NCBI RefSeq assembly: GCF_004010195.1
Contig: NW_025213514.1
Coordinates: forward strand, 1 to 33,861
Reading direction: 5' to 3'
From: Chiloscyllium plagiosum
Lineage: Eukaryota
Length of the DNA: 33,861 nt
Positions 1-11,004 of this stretch are shown here, in pieces (position 1 is the stretch's first letter; each line of letters begins with the position of its first letter). Both the position numbers and the translations under genes were made by a program. Below the pieces are notes generated by a model that searched no databases, was not told the origin of the DNA, and worked only from the letters and a program-made list of their open reading frames with translations.

Positions 1-1110
1 AGAGTAGGTCAAGTTTTGCACCTTCTCTAGTAGATCCACGTACTGAATCAGAAAATTGTTTTGCACACACTTAACAAATTCAACTCCATCTCAACCCTTA
101 ACACTATGGGCAATCCCAGTCTATGTTTGGAAAGTCAAAATCCCCTACCATAACCACCCTATCATTCTTACAGATAGTTGAGATCTCCTTACAAGTTTGT
201 TTCTCAATTTCCCTCTGACTATTAGGGGGTCTATAATACAATCCCAAAATGGTTATCATCCCTTTCTTATTTCTCAGTTCCACCCAAATATCCTCCCTGT
301 ATATATTTCCGGGAATATCCTCCCTCAGCACAGCTGTAATGCTATCCCTTATCAAAAATGCCACCCGCTTTAATTTATTAGTCCTAACTTGTCCCTGCCT
401 GCCCTGACTGTTTGACTCACTGCTGTTCTCAACTGTACCAGTCTCAGATTGATCTCTTTCCTCACTATCTCCCTGGGTTCCACCCTCCCACCTAACTAGT
501 TTAAATGCTCCTGAGCAGTTCTAGCAAATCTCCCTGCCAGTATATTAGTCCCCTTCCAATTTAGTTGCAATCCATCCTTCTTGTACAGGTCACTTCTCCC
601 CCTAAAGAGATTCCAATAATCCAAAAATGTGAATCCTTCCACCATACACCGGCTCCTCAGCCATACACTCATCTGCTCTATCCTCCTATTCCTGCCCTCA
701 CTAGCTCGTAGTACCGGGAGTAATCCAGATATTACTACTCTCGAGGACCTCCTTTTAAAATTCCTGCCCAACTCTCTGTAATCTCCCTTTAGAATCTCAA
801 CCTTTTCCCTTCCTATGTGGACAATGACCTCTTGCTGGATGCAGAATATTCTGCATCCTCTCTGAGACATCCTTGATCCTGGCACCAGGGAAGCAACAAA
901 CCATTCTGCTTGTTCGCAGCTGGCCACAGAAACGTCTGTCTGTACCTCGAACTAGAGAATCCCTGAACACGATTGATCACTTGGAACCCGACGTAATCCT
1001 CGTTGCATTAGAGCCAGTCTCAATACCAGAAACTTGGCTGTTCGTACTACGTTCCCCTGAGAATCCGTCACCCCTACATTTTCCAAAATGGCATACCTGT
1101 TTGAAAAGGA
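1..1110 (-). mobile_element. CR1-clade LINE fragment, subfamily A (ORF1 esterase region plus ORF2 endonuclease), internally deleted
   Basis: ORF 104-364 has APE motifs (LGLYYRPPNS, VVMVGDFDFPNIDW). ORF 496-927 resembles the CR1 ORF1 SGNH esterase (VVISGLLP, LYKKDGLQLNWKG). Close paralogue of 3970-5150. Confidence 0.9.
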
Positions 1111-2249
1111 GACTTCAGAAAGGCATTCAACAAGGTTCCCCATGGTAGACTGATTAGCAAGGTTAGATCTCACGGAATACAGGGAGAATGAGCCATTTGG
1201 ATGCAGAACTGGCTCAAAGGTAGAAGACAGAGCGTGGTGGTGGAGGGTTGTTTTTCAGGCTGGTGGCCTGTGATCAGTGGAGTGCCTCATGGATTGGTGC
1301 TGGGTCCTCTACATTTTGTCATTTACATAAATGATTTGGATGTGAGCATAAGAGGTACAGTTAGTAAGTTTGCAGATGACACCAAAATTGGAGGTGTAGT
1401 GGACAGCGAAGAGGGTTACCTCAGATTACAACAGGATCTTGGCCAGATGGGCCAATGGGCGAAGAAGTGGCAGATGGGGTTTAATCAGATAAATATGGGG
1501 CGCTGCAGTTTGGGAAAGCAAATCTTAGCAGGACTCATAGACTTAATGGTAAGGTCCTAGGAGTGTTGCTGAACAAAGAGATCTTAGAGTGCAGGTTCAT
1601 AGCTACTTGAAAGTGGAGTCGCAGGTAGATAGGATAGTGAAGAAGGCTCTTGGTATGCTTTCCCTTATTGGTCAGAGTATTGAGTACAGGAGTTGGGAGG
1701 TCATGTTGCGGCTGTACAGGACATTGGTTAGGCCACTGTTGGAATATTGAGTGCAATTCTGGTCTCCTTCCTATCGGAAAGATGTTGTGAAACTTGAAAT
1801 GGTTGAGAAAAGATTTACAAGGATGTTACCAGGGTTGGAGGATTTGAGCTANNNNNNNNNNNNNNNNNNNNNNNNNNNNNNNNNNNNNNNNNNNNNNNNN
1901 NNNNNNNNNNNNNNNNNNNNNNNNNNNNNNNNNNNNNNNNNNNNNNNNNNNNNNNNNNNNNNNNNNNNNNNNNNNNNNNNNNNNNNNNNNNNNNNNNNNN
2001 NNNNNNNNNNNNNNNNNNNNNNNNNNNNNNNNNNNNNNNNNNNNNNNNNNNNNNNNAGAGGAAGTGGTGGAGGCTGGTACAATTGCAACATTTAAGAGGC
2101 ATTTGGATGGGTATATGAATAGGAAGGGTTTGGAGGGATATGAGCCGGCTGCTGGCAGGTGGGACTAGATTGGGTTGGGATATCTGGTCGGCATGGACGG
2201 GTTGGACCAAAGGGTCTGTTTCCATGCTGTACATCTCTATGACTCTATA
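1111..2249 (+). mobile_element. CR1-clade LINE subfamily A, RT C-terminal half and 3' UTR
   Basis: KAFNKVPHGRL, SGVPHGLVLGP, YINDL and KFADDTK RT motifs; QFWSPSYRKDV; ends in a CTCTATGACTCTAT tail. Spans the N gap. Confidence 0.92.
1852..2056. other. Assembly gap (205 N)
   Basis: Run of N. Confidence 0.99.
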
Positions 2250-2969
2250 ACAGGTTGATTAGAAAAATAGGGCAAATTTAAAAAAAATTAACACCCAATA
2301 AACTCATGTCACCTCAAAATAATACCCAATAAACACACAAAGATCTAGGCCAGAAGCTCCAGGTTCAAGTACTACTACAGGGCTTATTGGTCAAGTAATG
2401 ATATAGTTAAGCAGGTTAATTATTAAACTGTAAATCCCTCTGTTACACCGATGGTAAACAGTAAGAGCAGAAGAATTTTTGTGGTCAGCCAGAACCACGT
2501 GGTAACTGTAGTACAACAGCCTCCCCTTGGTAAAAATTTCCATGCGCAGTTTATTGTCATGATTATCGTCCTTATTCTGAGGGAGTACCAGACACATACC
2601 GTACCTCAAACAATTCCCAATATATACATTACCCAAACAACAAGACACACAGTTATCCCATAAAAACACCCCCAATATACACAGTACCCTGTAACACTAA
2701 ATAGACACACAGTACCCACAATAATACTTGATATTGCAAAGTAGATCCTGGCTGTAGTGGTACTGATGTCTTGTGATCGTGAACTGGTAGCATCCCTAGT
2801 CACAAGTATACCTATTATACTGACATCCGATCCACAAAATGAAAAATGCCCCAGCATGTCCTGTTCACAATAAAATAGGACAAATCAAAACTGGCCAACT
2901 ACCATAATAAAAGAAAAATACTGTGGACATGATGAATGGAGAAACTCAGTAAGTTTGGCAGCATCTGTG

Positions 2970-3237
2970 AACACCCGGGTTCGATTCCAGCCTTGGGCGA
3001 CTGTCTGTGTGGAGTTTGCACATCCTCCTCCTTTTTGCGTGGGTTTCCTGCTGGTGTTCTGGTTTCCTCCCACAGTCCACAGATGCATAGTTTAGGTGGA
3101 TTGGCCTTGCTAAATTGCCCATAGTGTCAAATGCAAGCGTACTGGGACGGGTTGGGTCTGGGAGGGATGCTCTTCAGAGGGTTGGTGTGGGCTCGATGGG
3201 CCAAATGGCCTGCTTCCACACTATAGGGATTCTATAA
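2970..3237 (+). mobile_element. V-SINE (HE1-like tRNA-derived SINE), 5'-truncated
   Basis: B box GGTTCGATTCC near 2978; V-domain-like GTGGAGTTTGCACAT...GGTTTCCTCCCACAGTCCA; LINE-like tail GGGCCAAATGGCCTGCTTCCACACT. Confidence 0.8.
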
Positions 3238-3320
3238 CTCAACATAATTACCCTTTATTTCTGAACAGATGCTACCAGGCTTGCTGAGTTTCTTCAGAAT
3301 TTTCTGTTTTTATTTATGTT

Positions 3321-3410
3321 AAAAATGTGTTGCTGGAAAAGCGCAGCAGGTCAGGCAGCATCCAAGGAACAGGAGAATCGACGTTTCGGGCATAAGCCCT
3401 TCTTCAGGAA
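3321..3410 (-). mobile_element. Penelope-like terminal repeat fragment with hammerhead motif
   Basis: Homologous to the terminus of the GIY-YIG element at 12030-12123. Minus strand reads CTGAAGA-A-GGGC-TTAT-GCCC-GAAAC-GTC at 3407-3380. Confidence 0.8.
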
Positions 3411-5422
3411 TGGTCTTTGAGGGACCCTAGTCTCTCCCTAGTTACGCTTTTGTCCTTAACTGTAAAAACTCTTTGGATTCTCCTTAATTCTATTTGCCAA
3501 AGCTATCTTATGTCCCCTTTTTGCCCTCCTCATTTCCCTCTTAAGTATACTCCTACTTCCTTTATACTCTTCTAAGGATTCACTCGATCTATCCTGTCTA
3601 TACCTTACATTTGCTTCCTTCTTTTTCTTAACCAAACCCTCAATTTCTTTAGTCATCCAGCATTCCCTATACCTACCAACCTTTCCTTTCACCCTAACAG
3701 GAATATACTATCTCTGGACTCTCATTCTTTCATTTCTGAAGGCTTCCCATTTTCCAGCCGTCCCTTTACCTGCAGACATCTGCCCCCAGTCAGCTTTTGA
3801 AAGATCTGGCCTAATACCATCAAAATTAGCCTTTCTCCAATTTGGAACTTCAACTTTTAGATCTGGTCTATCCTTTTCTGTCACTATTTTAAAACTCATA
3901 GAATTATGGTCGCTGGCTCCAAAGTGCTCCCCAACTGACACCTCAGTCACCTGTCCTGCCTTATTTCCCAAAATCCCCTACCATAACCACCCTATTATTC
4001 TTACAGATAACAAATTTCCTTACAAGTTTGTTTCTCAATTTCCCTCTGACTATTAGGGGGTCTATCCCAATCCCAATAAGGTGATAATCCTTTTCTTATT
4101 TCTCAGTTTCACCCAAATAACTTCCCTGGATGTATTTCGGGGAATATCCTCCCTCAGCACAGCTGTAATGCTATCCCTTATCAAAAATGCCACTCCCCCT
4201 CCTCTCTTGCCTCCCTTTCTATCCTTCCCGTAGCATTTGTACCCTGGAACATTAAGCTGCCAGTCCTGCCCATCCCTAAGCCATGTTTCTGTAATTGCTA
4301 TGATATCCCAGTCCCATGTTCCTAACCATGCCCTGAGTTCATCTGCCTTCCCTGTTAGACTCCTTGCATTGAAATAAGTGCAGTTTAATTTATCAGTCCT
4401 GCCATGTTCTCTGCTTTGTCTCTGTCTGCCCTGACTGTTTGACTCGCTTCTGTTCTCAACTGTACCAGTCTCAGATTGATCTCTTTCCTCATTATCCTCC
4501 TGGGTCCCACCCACCTTACTAGTTTAAATCTTCCTGATCAGCTCTAGCAAATATCCCTGCCAGTATGATAGACCCTTCCAATTTAGGTGCAATCCGTCCT
4601 TCTTGTACAGGTCACTTCTACTGCAAAACAGCTTCCAATGATCCAAAAATGTGAATCCTTCTCCCATACAGCAGCTCCTCAGCCATGCATTCATCTGCTC
4701 TATCCCCCTATTCCTGGCCTCGCTAGCTAGTAGCAATGAGCATAATCCAGATCTTACTACTCTCAAGAACCTCCTTTTTTGACTTTCTGCCTAACTCTCT
4801 GTAATCTCTTCAGAATCTCAACCTTTTCCCTTCCTATGTCATTGATTCCAATGTGTACAATGACCTCCCGCTGGCCCGTCTCCCCCTCGAGAATATTCTG
4901 TCCCCTCTCTGAGACATCATTGAAATTGACACAGGGAAGCAGCATACCATTCTGATTTTTCTCTGCTAGCCACAGAGACGTCTGTCTGTACCTCAGACTA
5001 GAAAGTCCCCATAACAATTGATCTCTTGGAACTCGATGTACCCTTCATTGCATTAGAGCCGGTCTCAATACCAGAAACTTGGCTGTTCATGCTGTGTTCC
5101 CTTGAGAATCCATCACCCCCTATATTTTCCAAAACAGCATACCTGTTTGAAATGGGGATAGCCACAGAAGAGTCCTGCTCTACCTATCTACTTCTTTTAC
5201 CTTTCCTCGAGTTAACCCATCTATGTGACTGTATCTGCGACTTTGCTCCCTTCCTATAACTGTCATTCATCACATCCCCTTGTTCTTGTAAATTCCTCAT
5301 TGGCTCGAACTGTCTCTTCAACCAATCCATTTGATCTGATAAGATTTGCAACCAACGGTATTTATTGCAAGTATAATCCTCAGTAATACGTAAATTCTCC
5401 CTCAACTCCCACATCCGACAAG
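3411..5422 (-). mobile_element. CR1-clade LINE subfamily A, 5' half (ORF1 Zn-finger and esterase; ORF2 endonuclease and tether), disrupted
   Basis: ORF1 pieces CRMWE..DYTCNK, VIVHIGINDIG and DGLHLNWKG. ORF2 pieces YFNARSL, IAITETWL, RGGGVAFLI, SDHNS and IKENPKSFY. Frameshifts and an internal deletion near 3970. Confidence 0.93.
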
Positions 5423-7047
5423 AAGATTGGCTGTTGCAGGTTCCAGGGTTTAAATGTTTTAGTAGGGTCAGAGGTGGGGGTAAAAGAGGGGGAGGTGTGG
5501 CATTGCTTGTCAAAGATAGTATTACAGCGGTGGAAAGGACGATGGATGAAGACTCGCCATCTGAGGTAGTTTTGGCTGAGGTTAGGAATAGGGAAGGTGA
5601 GGTCACCCTGTTAGGAGTTTTCTACAGGCCTCCTAATAGTCCTAGAGACGGAGATGAAAGGATTGCGAGGATAATTCAGGAGAAGAGTGAAAGTATTAGG
5701 GTGGTTGTTATGGGGGACTTTAACTTTCCTGATATTGATTGGGAAAGCTATAGCTCAAGTTCGTTAGATGGGTCAGTGTTTGTCCAATGTGTGCAGGAGG
5801 GTTTCCTGACACAATATGTAGACAGGCCAACAAGAGGTGAGGCCATACTGGATTTGGTTCTGGGTAACGAACCAGGCCAGGTGTTAGAATTAAAGGTAGG
5901 TGAGCACTTTGGGGATAGTGACCATAATTCGGTGATTTTTACACTCGTGATGGAGAGGGATAAGTGTGTACTACAGGGCAAGAATTATAGCTGGGGTAAG
6001 GGAAATTATGATGCGGTGAGGCATGACTTAGGATGTGTGGCTTGGAAAAGTAGACTCCAAGGCAAGAGTGTAAATGATATGTGGAACTTGTCCAAGGGGC
6101 AACTATTGAGTGTCCTTGATAATTATGTACCTGCCAGGCAGGAAGGAAAGGGTCGTGCGAGGGAGCCGTGGTTTAATAAGGAATTGGAATCCCTTGTTAA
6201 ATGGAAGAGGGCAGCCTATCTCAAGATGAGACGTGAAGGTTCAATTGGGGCGATTGAGAGTTATAGGGTAGCCAGGAAGGACCTGAAGAGAGAGCAAAAA
6301 GCAGCAAGGAGGGGACATGAAAGGTCCTTAGTCGGTAGGATTAGGGAAAACCCTAAGGCTTTCTATAGGTATGTTAGGAATAAAAGAATGACTAGGGTAG
6401 GAATAGGTCCAGTCAAGGATAGTAGTGGGAAGTTGCGTGTAGAGGCGGAAGAGATTGGGGAGACACTGAATGAATACTTTTCTTCAGTATTCACTCAGGA
6501 ACAGGGCATTGTTGGCGGTGAGAATACTGAGGCACAAATAAGTAGAATGGATGGCCTTGAGGTATGTAGAGAAGAGGTGTTGGAAATCCTGGAAAAGGTG
6601 AAAATAGATAAGTCCCCTGGGCCTGATGGCATTTATCCTAGGATTCTCTGGGAAGCAAGGGAGGAGATTGCAGAGCCATTGGCCTTAATTTTTATGTCCT
6701 CTTTGTCTACAGGAGTAGTCCCAGAAGACTGGAGGATAGCAAATGTGGTTCCCTTGTTCAAAAAGGGGAGTAGGGATAGCCCTAGTAACTATAGGCCGGT
6801 GAGTCTCACTTCTGTTGTGGGCAAAGTCTTAGAGAGAATTGTAAGGGATAGGATTTATGAACATCTGGATAGGAATAATGTGATCAAAGATAGTCAGCAT
6901 GGTTTTGTGAAGGGCAAGTCGTGCCTCACAAACCTTATTGAATTCTTTGAAAAGGTGACGAAGGAGGATGATGAGGGGAAAGCGGTAGATGTGGTATATA
7001 TGGATTGTAGTAAGGCGTTTGATAAGGTCCCCCATGGTAGACTACAA
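5423..7047 (+). mobile_element. CR1-clade LINE subfamily B ORF2 segment (endonuclease to RT N-terminal domains), 539 uninterrupted codons, truncated at both ends
   Basis: ORF 5434-7053: RGGGVALLV, YRPPN, GDFNFPDIDW, LDLVL, SDHNSV, KSPGPDGI, PLFKKG, NYRPVSLTS, QHGF, KAFDKVPHGRL. It stops before the catalytic FADD motif. Confidence 0.95.
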
Positions 7048-7552
7048 CATTAATGGGTAGTAGATAGCTTTGTTGGAGAATTGTTCTAAGTGAATTCTGG
7101 AAACAAAATCATAGGTTTGCAGCAATTACATTGTGTTGTCATGTACCTCTACAAAGTTATTCTGCTCTAACAGGAACAGTAATCTCTTTGATTTTGTTAT
7201 ACTGCAGTTCCCCAACTACTGGAGTGAACATGCTTTAGGCAACTACAATATTTTAAACAAATTACATGATAATTCTGAGCACAAAAGAGAAATTCTTGCA
7301 ATAGCTGCTCACTGCCATTTCTCTCTAGATTTGATGTATTATGACTAATCATATAGCATAGAGATATGGAACATTTTCCTCGCTATAGTAGTGCAGGCTG
7401 TTGCGAAGTGCTTCAGAATAGATGTTGCATTTTCAGAGAAAAAGAGAGAAGTCAAATGTCATAGTATTTGTGAAGAGTGTAGCCAATGATGAAGAAACAG
7501 TGTGAAATAAATCACTTTATTTCCACTAAGACTAGTCATATAACTTATCACT

Positions 7553-7835
7553 GAATCACACAATGGTTGGAGCACAGGAGGTGGCTACTTAGTCTGACGT
7601 GTCTGTGTTGGGGAGCTATTCACCCCCTGCCATGCCCAGCTTTTGCCATGTAGCCTTTCACTTACTGTCCTTTCAGAGACCAATCCCATTTCGTCTTGAA
7701 TGCTTGAATTGAATGCACTCTGCCCTACTCTGAGGCCACTCATTCCAGCTCCTGACCAATTGCTGCATGAAACCATTTTTGCTCATATCACTCTCATTTC
7801 TTCAGCCAATTACTTTCAATCTGTCCTTAACATTT
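7553..7835 (-). mobile_element. Old degenerate CR1 3' end
   Basis: Loose similarity to the 3' UTR layout of the other CR1 copies. Confidence 0.45.
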
Positions 7836-7964
7836 GCATCAATGGGAATGGGATAGATCTTGGAGTTTAAGGATGAAGAACATTGTGCATCTGTAAAGAA
7901 GTAGGAGTCGCTATACAACCTAAGTTAGTTGCTTGTTCGTTTGTGTGTGCATATAAATCGTGCA

Positions 7965-8313
7965 ATGAGTCTCATTTCTTTACTCAGCGAGTCGTGAGTT
8001 CATGGAATGCGCTGCCTGTGGGAGTGGCAGAGTCAGAATCATTGGCGAACTTTAAGTGGCAATTGGATAGGTACATGGATGGGTGCTTAAGCTAGGACAA
8101 ATGTTCGGCACAACATCGTGGGCCGAAGGGCCTGTTCTGTGCTGTATTGTTCTATGTTCTCTATGTTCAGTAGTAGTGGTGGACTCTCCCTCTTTATGGG
8201 CATTTAAACGGGCATTGGATAGGCATATGGAGGATAGTGGGCTAGTGTAGGTTAGGTGGGCTTGGATTGGCGCAACATCGAGGGTCAAAGGGCTTGTACT
8301 GTTCTATGTTCTA
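7965..8313 (+). mobile_element. Two tandem CR1 3'-end fragments with (TTCTATG)n tails
   Basis: 7965-8167 encodes HFFTQRVVSSWNALP and ends TGTTCTATGTTC. 8168-8313 matches the subfamily B 3' UTR at 30885-31045. Confidence 0.85.
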
Positions 8314-8557
8314 AGAGCATTTCACTCTGCTAAAGGCCATTTTTGCTTTTTTCAATCTACAGCAGCTCTGTCTTCTTCCTCTACAAAACACTGCTCCAGC
8401 TTAAATTAATATTTTTGGCCCATGTTTTTAAGTTTAATCAAGAGACATACCTCAATATAACATATAATCAAGAAAGAATCCACTCAACTCATTACTGTAG
8501 ACTTACTGAAAGGCCACACTTAAAATATTTGCTTACCTGTTTCTGTGCTGTGACCAC

Positions 8558-8695
8558 TCATAGAGATGTACAGAACAGAAACGGACCCTTTGGTCCCACT
8601 CATCCATGCTGACCAGATATCCCACCCCAACCTAATCCCACCTGCCAGCAACCAGCCCATATCCTTCCAAACCCTTCCTATTCATATCCATTAAA
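8558..8695 (-). mobile_element. CR1 subfamily A 3' tail
   Basis: Reverse complement of 2110-2245. Confidence 0.85.
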
Positions 8696-8761
8696 TCTTT
8701 TGGATCAACATGTTTCACCACATTCCTCTGCTTTGCAATCTTTGTGAGTGCATACATAAAT

Positions 8762-8822
8762 ATAGATTAGATTCCCTACAGTGTGGAAACAGGCCCTTCG
8801 GCCCAACCAGTCCACATTGACC
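8762..8822 (-). mobile_element. V-SINE/LINE shared 3' tail fragment
   Basis: Reverse complement of the tail at 3180-3235. Confidence 0.65.
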
Positions 8823-8964
8823 CTGAAGAAGGGCTTTCCTGAAGAAGGGCTTATGCCTGAAACGTCGATCCTCCTGTTCCTTGGATGCTGCCTGACCTGC
8901 TGCGCTTTTCCAGCAACACATTTTCAGCTCTGATCTCCAGCATCTGCAGCCCTCACTTTCTCTC
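8823..8964 (+). mobile_element. Penelope-like terminal repeat with hammerhead motif
   Basis: CTGAAGA(8839-8845)-A-GGGC-TTAT-GCCT-GAAAC-GTC, preceded by a partial duplicate of the motif start. Reverse complement of 15396-15525. Confidence 0.8.
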
Positions 8965-9349
8965 AAATGTTTTTATTTATGGTCAACAATCACCCCTTCA
9001 ATCTATTCTTACTCATTAGCAACATAATGGAAAGTTTTGTTGGCAATGCTATAAAGCAGCTATAGCCCGTTCACCAATGTCCAGTTTAGGGTTATGAGAG
9101 CAGTCAGTGATAGTGTTGACTCAAAATGGCCAAGAAACTGGAATTCCAGAGATGAGACGAAAGTAACTGGTAACAAGGTATTATTTGGAGCACTGTTTGT
9201 TGGAGCCCTAGAAAAATTGAAGTGAATGGGAACCAGGGAAATTCACCACTGTTTGGTATCATAACTTTTAGAAAGGGAGATGACTGAGGATTACAGTGTC
9301 CTGAACCATTCACAAGTGTTTAGATACTGAAGCAGTCTGTTTAGATACT

Positions 9350-9515
9350 GAAGCAGCAAAGCATGGACCATTTAATCTTGAGCTGAGATATGGTAAATAA
9401 AATTTGTGCCACCCAAGCACCAGAGAATAGCTATCTCCAACAATAAATAGTCAAACCCCATGACAATTAAAGGCATAACCATCACTGAATTCCCATCATC
9501 AACATAATGGGGCAT
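9350..9515 (+). mobile_element. Degenerate LINE fragment, probably the family seen at 29730-30455
   Basis: Resembles the post-RT region of a CR1/L2-like LINE from memory only; a matching-family tail lies at 10345-10460. Confidence 0.4.
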
Positions 9516-9984
9516 AAGTTTTTAAGAGTTCTAGTATTCAAATCTCAATATTAATTTGCTCATTTCAGACTTGAACCAATAAGGCAACAAGAGACAATCT
9601 GGTGTAGTCACTCAGGAAACTTTTATTTAGTTATAAAATTACTATAAGTTTATTGTACAATTGTAAGAGCAGGGTAGACTCTTTACAAGCCTACTGTGAC
9701 TCTTGGTTTCTGCTTCAGATTCTCTCTCTTTCTTTCTTTCCCTGCCTCCCCCACTGCCTGCAATGCCTCAAGAACTTTGGTCTCTCAGCTGGACGCAGAA
9801 TAACTTTCTCACATGCGCACCTTGACCATTGAAAGCTGCTGCTCATGAACTTTTTCTAAGTTGCAATCCTCAGCAAGGTCATTTACAGCATTACATTCTG
9901 ATTGGCTTAAGCATGAGACTTATTCGTAATTGGTTGGAAGGACTCTTGATCCTATTTCTAATTGGCTCTTGAGGTTTTTTTTTA

Positions 9985-10320
9985 ATTCATAGGATGAGGG
10001 TGTTGTTGGTTAAGCCAATGTTTATTGCGCATCCCAGAGGGCAGTAAAGTGTCAACCATATTGCGATGAATCTGGAGTCACATGTAGGCCACACCAGATG
10101 ATGATGGCAGATTCCCTTCCCTAAAGGGCACTGGTGTACCAGATGTGTTTTTTCCAATAATTGACAATGGATTCATGGTCATCATTAGACTCTTAAGTCC
10201 AGACTTTTATTGACTTCAAATTCCACCATCTGCCGTCATGGATTGAACCTGGGTCCCCAAAATATTAACTGGATTTCTGGATTAACAGTCCAGCAATAAT
10301 ACCACTGGGCCATTGCGTCC
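9985..10320 (-). mobile_element. tRNA-derived SINE, possibly DeuSINE/SacSINE1-like
   Basis: Minus strand has A box TGGCCCAGTGG and B box GGTTCAATCCC. Its 3' tail is similar to the LINE tails at 10400-10460 and 30390-30445. A second copy lies at 33612-33861. The family name is from recall. Confidence 0.7.
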
Positions 10321-10344
10321 CCCTAATGATGAGTAAGGGTGATG

Positions 10345-10462
10345 GTCATGGACTGCAGCAGTTCAACAAGGCCAGCTCACCAACACCTTATCAAGGGCAA
10401 CTTGGGATGGGCAATAAATACTGACCCAGCCATGATGATCGTGTCCCGGGGTGAATAAAAAA
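10345..10462 (+). mobile_element. LINE 3' tail (family E)
   Basis: GGACTGCAG..TTCAA..AGG..CACC..CAAGGGCAACT..GGGCAATAAAT matches 30340-30445. Confidence 0.7.
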
Positions 10463-10749
10463 GTGGTTGATAGATATTTTTGCTTCTTTTTGAAAATGAG
10501 AAGGGAAGCAGAAATAATATGGATTTAATGATAGATGCTTTGATCTCATGTCTCAATCCTTGCTTACTTGATGAAATTCCAATTAAATCAGATGCTTATT
10601 TATCACTAATAGTTTGTTTTTCTTTAGTTTGATTCTGCTGTGTAGAACACATGGAAACACTTCACATTCTTTACATTACCATCATACAGAAGATCAGAAA
10701 AAGTACGCTCATTTCTATAAATTGTTATTCAGGTTCAATTAAATTCTAA

Positions 10750-10970
10750 AAAGTAAAGGTAAAGTGGCCATAGTCCAAGCGACCAAAGGGCTGCTCTTTC
10801 ATTAGAGAAAGATGACTGGTAGCGATTTAACCTGAAGGTCACCACACCTCAGGCAAGAGGAGAGGTTGAGAAGGAGAATCCTTCCTGGTTACTCAACTAG
10901 TTTAAGAATTGCACCCATACTGTTCGTGCTACATTACATTGCAAACCAGCCATCCAGTCAACTGAGCATA
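10750..10970 (-). mobile_element. tRNA-derived SINE, third family
   Basis: Minus strand begins GCTCAGTTGACTGGATGGCTGG (A-box-like), has a degenerate B box GGGTGCAATTC and ends in (CTTTAC)-like tail repeats. Confidence 0.55.
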
Positions 10971-11004
10971 TACCATCTAAATGTGGACTGGAGAAAATCA
11001 CCAA

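Noticed and set aside
1751..2234. ORFs crossing 1852-2056
   Set aside because: Artefacts of translating through the N gap.
2970..3000. tRNA gene
   Set aside because: The B box belongs to a SINE head and there is no cloverleaf; the same applies at 10240-10320, 10900-10970 and 24230-24290.
3960..3985. Internal LINE deletions (also ~365, ~18635, ~23378) as spliced retrocopies
   Set aside because: Not checked against a full consensus, and I saw no splice signals at the junctions; simple deletions are more parsimonious.
5434..7053. 539-aa ORF as a host gene or novel RT system
   Set aside because: It is ordinary CR1 ORF2, starts mid-endonuclease and ends before the catalytic motif.
7487..7553. 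Box C/D snoRNA (ATGATGA...CTGA)
   Set aside because: No terminal stem, no C'/D' boxes and no recognisable rRNA antisense element.
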